57,387 nt of DNA from an uncultured Acidimicrobiaceae bacterium (GTDB lineage Bacteria > Actinomycetota > Acidimicrobiia > Spongiisociales > UBA5794): positions 1 to 57,387 of the forward strand of contig CAZDIQ010000002.1 of assembly GCA_964505525.1 (NCBI GenBank), given 5' to 3'. Numbering within the stretch: position 1 is the stretch's first letter; each line of letters starts with the position of its first letter. Positions 17,374 to 25,280 of this stretch are shown here, one piece after another. The notes below the pieces were generated by a model, which saw nothing but the letters and a program-made list of their open reading frames with translations, was not told the origin of the DNA and ran no database searches. A program made the translations under genes and the position numbers.

Positions 17374-19479
17374 ATGCGCGAAGCTCGACACGATGTTCTG
17401 TTCGAGCCGATTCAGATCGGTTCGAAGGTGCTCCGCAACAGGTTCTACTCGACGCCGCATGCGTCGTTCGTCGTCGGTCGTCGGATGTCCGACGTCGCGT
17501 TTCGTCGGATGAAAGCCGAGGGTGGTTTCGCCGTTGTCTGCGGTGGTGTCACCTCCATACGACAGGATGCTTGGGGTGGGTTGGTTCCTCGCATTTGGGA
17601 CGAGGACGAACGGGCCATGCTCGGGCGAATGGCCGCCGAGGTGTCGGGCCAAGGCGCGATGGCGGGCATCGAGTTCGGCCACGGCGGAGTGAGCAGCATG
17701 GGTTCCAAGTTCTCCCCGAGCATCGGACCTTCACAGCTCGCGAGCCCTGACCACCCGCAACTCGTGCCCATGGCCATGGATCTGGACGACATTCGTCAGA
17801 TCCAAAGCGATTGGATCGATGCTGCATCAACCGCTGCCGATCTCGGGTTCGAAATCATCTACTCCTATGGGAGTCACGGAACCTTGCCAGCGCAGTTCCT
17901 TTCGCCATTCCTCAACAGGCGGACTGATCAGTACGGGGGCTCGATCGAGAATCGAGCCCGCTTCTGGCTGGAGTTGACCGACGGCATCAGGAATGCGGTC
18001 GGTGACAGGGCCCTGGTGGCCGCCCGGATCGCCGCCGAGTCCTTCAACGAGCAAGGAGTCTCGTTCGATGATTCGATGGCGTTCGTGCGTATGGCGGACG
18101 ACCTTGTGGACTTGTGGGATGTCAACCTTGGGTTCGGATGGAGTCCCGACTCCTCGCCGTCGAGGCTGACGGATGAGGGATCACAACTCGAGTGGACGGG
18201 TCGGCTTCGCGAGTACACGGCCAAACCCATCGTGGGTGTCAGTCGACTCACAAGTCCGGATCGAATGGCCGAGATCGTCAGGTCCGGGGTCTGGGACTTG
18301 ATTGGAGCTGCTCGCCCGGGAATCGCTGATCCGTTCCTACCGAAGAAGATCGAGGAAGGTCGCTACGACGACATTCGTGAATGCACGGGAACAAACTTCT
18401 GCATCGCTGTGGAAACGACGGGAATCGGCCTCGGGTGTGTGCAAAACGCGACGATCGGCGAAGAGTATCGCCGTGGCTGGCATCCAGAGCGGTTCAGTCA
18501 GACGGCGCGTGGCGAAGACGCTGTACTGATTGTTGGTGGCGGGCCAGCTGGGTTGGAGACCGCTAGGGTCTTGGGTGAGCGCGGCTTCGGGTTCGTTCAC
18601 ATAGTGGAAGCCAGACCCGATGTCGGTGGTCATCTCGCTTTGCTCCGACGGTTGCCAAGGCTTGGCGACTGGGGGCGCGTCATCGACTATCGCAAGAGCC
18701 AGTTGGCCAAGCTCGACAATGTTGCAGTCGTCACGGGGAAGCGACTCAGCGCCGACGATATTCTCGACTATGGGGCATCCGTCGTAGTCGTCGCGACCGG
18801 TGCTCGGTGGCTTGATGTGGCTGATCCGTGGCACGATATCGACCCGGTTCGCCATAGCTCAACAGCGATCAGGATCATCGGACCCGACGAAGTGATGTCA
18901 GGCGTGGGACATCCGGATGGCACGGTGCTGGTCTGGGATGCCGAAGGTGGCCCGGTCGGAATCGGCATCGCCGAGACGCTCGCCCGCGGAGGAAACGGTG
19001 TACTCCTTGCGACCCCATTCGACCGCGTATCGCCACTTCTCGACGCCACGTTCGAGGGCGGGGGCGCTCGCCGTGTATTGCGCGAAACCGGTGTGGAAAT
19101 CCTCGTGGGCGTTGAACTCCACTCTGTGGTCGGCGACACGGTTTCTTTGGTTGATGGCTCAGGTGTGCTCCACGAGGTACGTCCCGAAACGGTCGTGCCA
19201 GTGACGCAGCGTGTTTCCGAGGACAGTCTGTTCCACGAACTTCGGGAGAGACCGTCGGATCTGACCCTCGCTGGGATTTCGGACCTATTGCGGGTCGGAG
19301 ACTGCGTGGCACCCCGCCACTTCGGCCTTGCCATCGCAGACGGTCACAGGCTCGGCCGCGAACTGGATAGTGGTCGTCCTGCCGTCCCTATGGACCCGAT
19401 TGTCGAACGCGATCATCACGGCCCCACCGCCGATTTCACATGGAGGGACGAGACCGTGCTGACCGTTTCGGCCCCATGA
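17374..19479 (+). CDS. Trimethylamine/histamine dehydrogenase-family flavoprotein (OYE-like FMN domain fused to an FAD/NAD(P)-binding domain)
   Basis: Sequence shows HDVLFEPIQIGSKVLRNRFY, RTDQYGGSIENRARFWLE, ADPFLPKKIEEGRYDDIREC, QNATIGEEYRRGWHPE and a dinucleotide fold VLIVGGGPAGLE. I moved the start to ATG 17374 (MREARHD); the long ORF begins at 17281. Confidence 0.85.
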   Translation: MREARHDVLFEPIQIGSKVLRNRFYSTPHASFVVGRRMSDVAFRRMKAEGGFAVVCGGVTSIRQDAWGGLVPRIWDEDERAMLGRMAAEVSGQGAMAGIEFGHGGVSSMGSKFSPSIGPSQLASPDHPQLVPMAMDLDDIRQIQSDWIDAASTAADLGFEIIYSYGSHGTLPAQFLSPFLNRRTDQYGGSIENRARFWLELTDGIRNAVGDRALVAARIAAESFNEQGVSFDDSMAFVRMADDLVDLWDVNLGFGWSPDSSPSRLTDEGSQLEWTGRLREYTAKPIVGVSRLTSPDRMAEIVRSGVWDLIGAARPGIADPFLPKKIEEGRYDDIRECTGTNFCIAVETTGIGLGCVQNATIGEEYRRGWHPERFSQTARGEDAVLIVGGGPAGLETARVLGERGFGFVHIVEARPDVGGHLALLRRLPRLGDWGRVIDYRKSQLAKLDNVAVVTGKRLSADDILDYGASVVVVATGARWLDVADPWHDIDPVRHSSTAIRIIGPDEVMSGVGHPDGTVLVWDAEGGPVGIGIAETLARGGNGVLLATPFDRVSPLLDATFEGGGARRVLRETGVEILVGVELHSVVGDTVSLVDGSGVLHEVRPETVVPVTQRVSEDSLFHELRERPSDLTLAGISDLLRVGDCVAPRHFGLAIADGHRLGRELDSGRPAVPMDPIVERDHHGPTADFTWRDETVLTVSAP

Positions 19480-19531
19480 GGACGGAAGAATCTGACGTCC
19501 GCCGAGACCTTGCAGAAGCCAAGGGAGGAAC

Positions 19532-20653
19532 GTGAGCACGATTGAACTTGTCGAGGCCAGGTCCGTGATGGTGCCGCTTGAGCGTACGACATCCTTCTCC
19601 TCCAGGACCGTGGATCACAGATGGTATATGTTGGTGCGGATCCGGGACACCGATGGTGTGGTCGGGACGGGGTTCTGCTACGCGGGCAGCGACGGCGGGA
19701 CGATTCCAGCCATTGCGGTCCGGGACCTTTTCAATGTCGTCCTCATGGGTGCGGATTCGACGAGGACCACCGGCCTGTGGGACCAGATGTACAACCTGGC
19801 TCTTCTCCACGGGCGGGCGGGGTCTGTCATGCGGGCGATCAGCGCCGTCGATATCGCCCTGTGGGATCTCAACTCTCGTCGTGCTCAGCTTCCGCTTTGG
19901 CAATACCTCGGGGCTCATTCATCGGAGTCCGTGCCCGCTTACGCCAGTGGGGGCTACTACTTGGAGGACAAGGGCCTCGACGGCCTAGCCGACGAGATCG
20001 AGTCGTACGTTGCAAGCGGTTATGGGGCCGTGAAGATCAAGGTCGGCAGGGTGACACCGAGTGAGGATGCTGCACGGATTGCCGTCGCCCGGGAGGTTCT
20101 CGGGCCGGATCGAATCCTGATGCTCGATGCCAACAACGCGTGGGCCGACGTCCCCACCGCACTGCGGGCCCTGAGGATGTGGGAGGAGTTCGACCCCTAC
20201 TGGATCGAGGAGCCATTCTCTCCCGATGACATCGCGAGTCACGCCACCCTTTCAAAGCAGACACCCATCACCGTTGCGACTGGGGAAATAGAGGCTGGGC
20301 GGTGGCGCCATCTTGAGCTGTTGACCAAGTCCGCTGTCGCGATTCTTCAGAGCGATGCTGCTGTATGTGGAGGAGTGACGGAGTTCCTGCGCATAGCGCA
20401 CTTGGCCGACGCGTTCGGTGTGCCGATGGCCCCACATTGGTTTCACGATCTCCACTCCCACCTTGTCGCGGCGATCGCCAATGGCATGTGGGTCGAGGTG
20501 TTCCCTGATGCCCGGGTCCTCAATTTCCGCATGCTTATCGACACGCAGTCTGAGATTCAGGACGGACGGATCCTGCTTCCTGATCGCCCAGGTCTCGGCT
20601 TCGGTCTGATCGAGTCACAGGTCGACGCGTTTGCAGTTGAGCCCTGGGCATGA
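19532..20653 (+). CDS. Enolase-superfamily enzyme (mandelate racemase/muconate lactonizing type), probable sugar-acid dehydratase
   Basis: KxK motif (VKIKVG) and metal-ligand positions (MLDAN, WIEEP, ATGE) are present. GTG start with RBS GGGAGGA. Confidence 0.88.
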   Translation: MSTIELVEARSVMVPLERTTSFSSRTVDHRWYMLVRIRDTDGVVGTGFCYAGSDGGTIPAIAVRDLFNVVLMGADSTRTTGLWDQMYNLALLHGRAGSVMRAISAVDIALWDLNSRRAQLPLWQYLGAHSSESVPAYASGGYYLEDKGLDGLADEIESYVASGYGAVKIKVGRVTPSEDAARIAVAREVLGPDRILMLDANNAWADVPTALRALRMWEEFDPYWIEEPFSPDDIASHATLSKQTPITVATGEIEAGRWRHLELLTKSAVAILQSDAAVCGGVTEFLRIAHLADAFGVPMAPHWFHDLHSHLVAAIANGMWVEVFPDARVLNFRMLIDTQSEIQDGRILLPDRPGLGFGLIESQVDAFAVEPWA

Positions 20654-21513
20654 GGTTTGCGACGCTCGCTCTCAACGATGGACGTGAGCAGGTCGCAATC
20701 GGCCTCGAGGGTCGATGGATTCCGCTCGATCATGTAGACGAGTCTCTCGACGGGGACATGTTGTGCCTGATCAACCGTGAGTTCGACCGAGAGCAACTCG
20801 ATGATCTCGGACGACGCGCACAGTCGATGGCCAGCTCTCGGTGGATCCTTGGGGCCAACGCGGAGTTCGCCCCTCCGTACAGGCGCCCGCGGTTGATTTG
20901 GGGGATCGGTTTGAATTATGCGGAACATGCGAGCGATCTGTCCGAGAAGCAGCCCCAAGACCCAGCGAGTTTCGTCAAGGGTGACCACACGGTCATTGGT
21001 CATCATGACGAGATCATGCTTCCGCCCCAGAGTGCCCGGGTCACAACCGAGGCGGAGATCGGACTGATCATCGGTCGACGAAGTCGTGCGGGAACGGACG
21101 CAGTGACGCTTGAGACGGTGTTCGGTTTCGTCCCGATTCTCGACCAGACGGCAGAGGACATTCTCGAGCAGAATCCGAGGTTCCTGACCAGATCGAAGAA
21201 CTTTGCGACGTTCTTCGCCTTCGGCCCGGAAGTCCTCACATTGGATTCACTCCCTGACGACCTTGGAGCCTTGACGGTATCCACGGTGATCAACGGACAG
21301 GTTGTGCGGAGCAATCGTGTGGACAACATGCTGCATTCCCCATCAGACTTGTTGCGATTCCATACCGACATGATGCCGATGTTCCCTGGGGATATCATCT
21401 CGACCGGCACGCCTGGAGCCGGCGTGATTGTCGATGGCGACACTGCAGCAGCGTCGATTGACGGCTTCGAGTCTCTCACCGTGTCTGTTCGCGGTGCAGA
21501 AGCCCGTCAGTGA
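20650..21513 (+). CDS. Fumarylacetoacetate hydrolase (FAH)-family enzyme (2-keto-3-deoxy-pentonate dehydratase / diketo-acid hydrolase type)
   Basis: Sequence shows GIGLNYAEHA, EAEIGLIIG, SKNFATFFAFGP and PGDIISTGTPGAGV. ATGA overlap with the upstream dehydratase. Confidence 0.88.
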   Translation: MRFATLALNDGREQVAIGLEGRWIPLDHVDESLDGDMLCLINREFDREQLDDLGRRAQSMASSRWILGANAEFAPPYRRPRLIWGIGLNYAEHASDLSEKQPQDPASFVKGDHTVIGHHDEIMLPPQSARVTTEAEIGLIIGRRSRAGTDAVTLETVFGFVPILDQTAEDILEQNPRFLTRSKNFATFFAFGPEVLTLDSLPDDLGALTVSTVINGQVVRSNRVDNMLHSPSDLLRFHTDMMPMFPGDIISTGTPGAGVIVDGDTAAASIDGFESLTVSVRGAEARQ

Positions 21514-22397
21514 GGTCCTATCCCCTGTCCACGTTCGGCCGTCTGCCCGACGCGATGCGCCGTAAAGGGAACTCTGCCTGGGCCGCGGGTATCAGGCGGC
21601 CGTCTGATATCCACTCGTTCCTTGAAGGACCTTTGTTGGTCGGCGAATCCATCCTCGTCGCGGACGTTGCGTGGGGTCGCGTGTTCGCACTGGACTCCGG
21701 GGGCCAGTTCGAGGTGGTTCTCGAATATGACGGTGCACCGAACGGACTTGCGGCTTCAGATGATTCGGTAGTCATCGCAGATGCGCGGCACGGCCTCGTC
21801 TGGACAGCCAAGGATGACGGCGGCGTTGACGGTGCACTTGTCGTCGACCGAAGCCTGACCGAGTGGATGGGCGAGCCATTTCGCGGATTGAATGACCTCA
21901 TCGTTTGGGCTGACGGGTCGATTGTTGCAACCGACCAGGGTGCCTCGGGTTTGCATGATCCGTCAGGCAGAATCGTCCACCTGCATCCGAGCGGAACGGA
22001 GAAGGTGCTCCTCGATCGTCTTCCGAGTCCCAACGGTCTCGCACTTGTCCCCGGGAAATTGGAGCTCCTCGTCGCCCTGACTCGGGACAATTCGATCTGG
22101 AGGGTTCCTTTCACTGACGATCTTCAGCCCTTTCGCGTTGGCCGGTTGGTGCAACTATCAGGAGGAATTGGACCCGACGGCATTGCCATGACCCCCGACG
22201 GTTGGCTGTTCGTTGCCCACTTGGGTCTCGGGGTTGTTTGGCTGTTCGACCCGCTAGGTCGGATGGTCGCTGCTTTCGAAGCACCCGATGGAGTTTCCAC
22301 GTCGAACGTCGTCCATGACCCAAGAGCGGACGTGATCTACGTGACGGAGGCAGATACAGGATCTGTTCTGATCGCGGACGTTCCCAAGCACGCGTGA
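21510..22397 (+). CDS. SMP-30/gluconolactonase/LRE-like beta-propeller protein (probable sugar lactonase)
   Basis: ~295 aa with the typical blades (EGPLLVGESILVADV, NDLIVWADGSIVATD, PNGLAL, GPDGIAMTPDGWLFVAH). GTGA overlap with the upstream gene. Confidence 0.8.
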   Translation: MRSYPLSTFGRLPDAMRRKGNSAWAAGIRRPSDIHSFLEGPLLVGESILVADVAWGRVFALDSGGQFEVVLEYDGAPNGLAASDDSVVIADARHGLVWTAKDDGGVDGALVVDRSLTEWMGEPFRGLNDLIVWADGSIVATDQGASGLHDPSGRIVHLHPSGTEKVLLDRLPSPNGLALVPGKLELLVALTRDNSIWRVPFTDDLQPFRVGRLVQLSGGIGPDGIAMTPDGWLFVAHLGLGVVWLFDPLGRMVAAFEAPDGVSTSNVVHDPRADVIYVTEADTGSVLIADVPKHA

Positions 22398-22463
22398 CGT
22401 CCGTGTGCCAGTCGGCTACCTTGGTAGTGTGAAATGTCGTTCTTGTATATGGAAAGGTGATGC

Positions 22464-23069
22464 GTGAGCGCCCCCGCTTCTCCCCAAGACATCGCCAAAC
22501 GCGTGTTGACAGCCGAGTCCGATGCCATCACGGCGGCCTGTGGTCGGATAGGGGTGAGTTTCGACCGCACAGTCGAACTGCTCGTCAACGCGGATACCGT
22601 GATTCTGACGGGCCTCGGGAAGTCCGGTCTCGTCGCCGCGAAGATCGCGGCGACTTTTGCCAGCACAGGCACCAGAGCGCACTTCGTCCACGCAACCGAG
22701 GCACTGCACGGAGATGCTGGGAACCTGAGGGGCGGGGACGTTATCGTGTGCCTGTCGCTGTCGGGTACGACCGGAGAGGTTTGCCGATTTGCATCCATCG
22801 CGCGCCGGCGCGCTGTGCCTGTGATAGCCCTGACAGGTGACGGGGCTTCGCCGCTTGCCGAGATGGCAGATTGTGTTCTCGACATCAGCGTTGTTGCGGA
22901 GGCGGATGCTCACAACCTTGCTCCCACGGCGAGCACCACGGTTTCGATTGCAATCGGCGATGCGTTGGCAGTTGCGCTGATGATCGTGCGCGGCACCTCT
23001 CGAGATGAGTTCCACGAAAACCACCAGGGTGGTGCGCTCGGTGAGCGCCTTTCGACTGGAGGTACATGA
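22464..23069 (+). CDS. SIS-domain sugar-phosphate isomerase, KpsF/GutQ-like (arabinose-5-phosphate isomerase type) but lacking CBS domains
   Basis: Sequence shows GLGKSGLVAAKIAATFASTGTRAHFVHATEALHGDAGN and CLSLSGTTGEV. It is only 201 aa, that is, SIS only. Confidence 0.8.
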   Translation: MSAPASPQDIAKRVLTAESDAITAACGRIGVSFDRTVELLVNADTVILTGLGKSGLVAAKIAATFASTGTRAHFVHATEALHGDAGNLRGGDVIVCLSLSGTTGEVCRFASIARRRAVPVIALTGDGASPLAEMADCVLDISVVAEADAHNLAPTASTTVSIAIGDALAVALMIVRGTSRDEFHENHQGGALGERLSTGGT

Positions 23070-23953
23070 ACCGAGTCGTTGTGTTCGGGATTGCGGTGGT
23101 CGACGTGACCGGCTACGCCATTGACCGACCGAATCCCGGTGAAACAGTCGTCGGCACGGGCTATGCGATCGCGCCAGGGGGCAAGGGCCTGAATCAGGCT
23201 GTTGCCGCGGCCCGCGCCGGTGCTAGCGTCGAGTTCGTCGGATCGGTCGGAGATGATTTATTCGGCGAAATGCTGCTTGCCACTATCGACCAAGAGGGCG
23301 TGGGCCGAGAGTCGCTGGTGGTGGTCGATGACGGCCAGACTGGGGTCGGCCTTCCTGTGGTCACTGCCGATGGTGAGAACTCGATTGTCGTCGTGCCCGG
23401 TGCTTCGGGCCAGATCGGCGCGAATCAGTACCGATGGATCGAAACTCACGCGATACCCGGCACTGTGTTCGTCAGCCAACTCGAGCTGCCAGATGATGTG
23501 GTGCTGCCAGCAATCCGGGCAGCCGCAGGCTCCGGCGCAACAGTCATCCTGAACCCGGCGCCTGCACGCGCGATAGAGTCTTTGGTCGGATTCGCCCACG
23601 TGCTTGTCCCGAACGAGGTCGAGGCGTCGGTCCTGACTGGGACCGCAGACGCTCGCGAGGCTGCCGAAAAGCTCGCAACGACCTATCCCGCGTTGGACGT
23701 GGTCGTGACATGTGGGCCTGCGGGCGCTATCTATGTGGCTGATGGCACCGCGGTCCGGGTCAAGGCGGACGAGGTCGACGCTGTCGACACTGTTGGCGCT
23801 GGGGATGTGTTCTGTGGATACCTCGCGTCCGAACTCGCAATGGGGTCGGATCTCGGGGAGGCTGTGGCATCCGCGGTGGGTGCCGCCACATACTCGGTAC
23901 AAAGAACCGGTGCAGCTGAGTCAGCCCCCTTTCGTCATGGACGGCCCGACTGA
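23066..23953 (+). CDS. PfkB-family carbohydrate kinase (ribokinase-like)
   Basis: Sequence shows GGKGLNQAVAAARAG and the C-terminal DTVGAGDVFCG anion-hole/ATP motif. ATGA overlap with the SIS gene. Confidence 0.88.
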   Translation: MNRVVVFGIAVVDVTGYAIDRPNPGETVVGTGYAIAPGGKGLNQAVAAARAGASVEFVGSVGDDLFGEMLLATIDQEGVGRESLVVVDDGQTGVGLPVVTADGENSIVVVPGASGQIGANQYRWIETHAIPGTVFVSQLELPDDVVLPAIRAAAGSGATVILNPAPARAIESLVGFAHVLVPNEVEASVLTGTADAREAAEKLATTYPALDVVVTCGPAGAIYVADGTAVRVKADEVDAVDTVGAGDVFCGYLASELAMGSDLGEAVASAVGAATYSVQRTGAAESAPFRHGRPD

Positions 23954-23955
23954 CT

Positions 23956-23985
23956 TTGACAGCGTGCGTATGTCACCGCTACGTT
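23956..23985 (+). promoter_or_regulatory. Putative sigma-70-type promoter (TTGACA-N18-TACGTT) for the gene at 24025
   Basis: Exact TTGACA at 23956..23961 and a TAnnnT-type -10 at 23980..23985. The candidate operator overlaps the -10. Confidence 0.4.
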
Positions 23986-23997
23986 TCGTTATAAGAA
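23984..23997. promoter_or_regulatory. Candidate operator (TTTCG-N5-AGAA)
   Basis: TTTCGTTATAAGAA. A perfect small palindrome GAAAT-TCA-ATTTC follows at 23995..24007. Confidence 0.45.
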
Positions 23998-24024
23998 ATT
24001 CAATTTCGAAATGGAGAAAGATCA

Positions 24025-25122
24025 ATGAAAATTGTCGAAGTCGAAACCTTCATCGTGCAGGCCGAGCTTCCGCGGTTTGTCACGGATGCCTTCAACGAGA
24101 CGGTCACGTGGGGCCTGCCCGGTGTCATCTTGAGGACCGACGAAGGAGTCGAAGGTGTCGGATACACCAGCACGCTTGCCCACGGCGACCACGCCATCAA
24201 GGATGTGATCGACCGCATATATTCGCCGTTGTTGATGGGTGAGAATCCGCTGTTCAATCAGCGGATCTGGGAGCGGCTGTACTGGTCCAGCGCCCATTGG
24301 GTCGGACGCACCGGCATCACACAGATGGCCTTGGCAGCCGTGGACATTGCAGTTTGGGACATCAAAGCAAAGGCCGCCGGTCTTCCTCTCTGGCAGCTGG
24401 TCGGTGGACACAAGGAAGGCAAGGTCCCGTCATACAACACCGATGGCGGCTGGCTCAACTTCCCGCTCGAACGACTCGTTGAAGAGATGTCGGTCCTTGT
24501 AGATGCAGGATGGCGACGCGTCAAGATGAAAGTCGGAAAGGACGACCCACGCGAAGACATCGCGAGGGTCGGCGCGGTCAGGGAAGCCCTCGGGTCTGAG
24601 ATCGAACTCATGATCGATGTCAACCAGCGGTGGGATGTCAGCCGAGCCATCACGTGGGCACCGCGATTCGAAGAGTTCCAGATTGCGTGGCTCGAGGAAC
24701 CGATTGACCCTGACGATGTCGCTGGACACGCGCGTCTCGCCAGGGCAACGAGGATTCCCATTGCCCTCGGCGAACACGTGTACACGCGGACGATGTTCAG
24801 GGACTACATCGAACAAGGTATCGTCGGCTACGTGCAGGCGGACGTGACCCGCCTTGGTGGTGTCACTGAATGGCTCGCAGTCGCTGAGATCGCTCTCGCA
24901 CACCACATCCCTGTGGTGCCGCACCATGCCGACATGATGCGGGTTCATCAACATCTCGGCACCGGCCACGCTGCGTCCCCGATGATCGAGTGCATTCCGT
25001 GGCTACAACACTTGTTCGTCGAACCGGCTGACATCCGCGACGGAACGTTCCATGTCAGCGATACGCCCGGGGCTTCGACGACGTTCGATCCCGACCAATT
25101 CGCCAAGCATCGCGTCGCATGA
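24025..25122 (+). CDS. Enolase-superfamily enzyme (mandelate racemase type), probable sugar-acid dehydratase
   Basis: VKMKVG (KxK), MIDVN, WLEEP and ALGEH metal ligands, plus HIPVVPHH. RBS GGAGAAAG. Confidence 0.88.
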   Translation: MKIVEVETFIVQAELPRFVTDAFNETVTWGLPGVILRTDEGVEGVGYTSTLAHGDHAIKDVIDRIYSPLLMGENPLFNQRIWERLYWSSAHWVGRTGITQMALAAVDIAVWDIKAKAAGLPLWQLVGGHKEGKVPSYNTDGGWLNFPLERLVEEMSVLVDAGWRRVKMKVGKDDPREDIARVGAVREALGSEIELMIDVNQRWDVSRAITWAPRFEEFQIAWLEEPIDPDDVAGHARLARATRIPIALGEHVYTRTMFRDYIEQGIVGYVQADVTRLGGVTEWLAVAEIALAHHIPVVPHHADMMRVHQHLGTGHAASPMIECIPWLQHLFVEPADIRDGTFHVSDTPGASTTFDPDQFAKHRVA

Positions 25123-25150
25123 TCGCACGAGGGAATTGCGTCCGAATCGT

Positions 25151-25179
25151 TTGACACGGTTGCGACCCGCTCGTAACGT
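25151..25179 (+). promoter_or_regulatory. Putative sigma-70-type promoter (TTGACA-N17-TAACGT) for the SBP gene at 25281
   Basis: Exact -35 hexamer, 17-nt spacer and a TAnnnT -10. The candidate operator lies 22 nt downstream. Confidence 0.45.
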
Positions 25180-25200
25180 GTGACGGATGTCCCAAAGGCA

Positions 25201-25214
25201 TTTCGTATAGAGAA
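25201..25214. promoter_or_regulatory. Candidate operator (TTTCG-N5-AGAA)
   Basis: TTTCGTATAGAGAA. The wider context TTTCGTATAGAGAAATAACGAAA also forms an inverted repeat TTTCG...CGAAA. Confidence 0.45.
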
Positions 25215-25280
25215 ATAACGAAAGTTTCAATCAGCCGTGACAGTGAGGACACAGTCCGACCTTCGAGGAGGAGCAACCCA

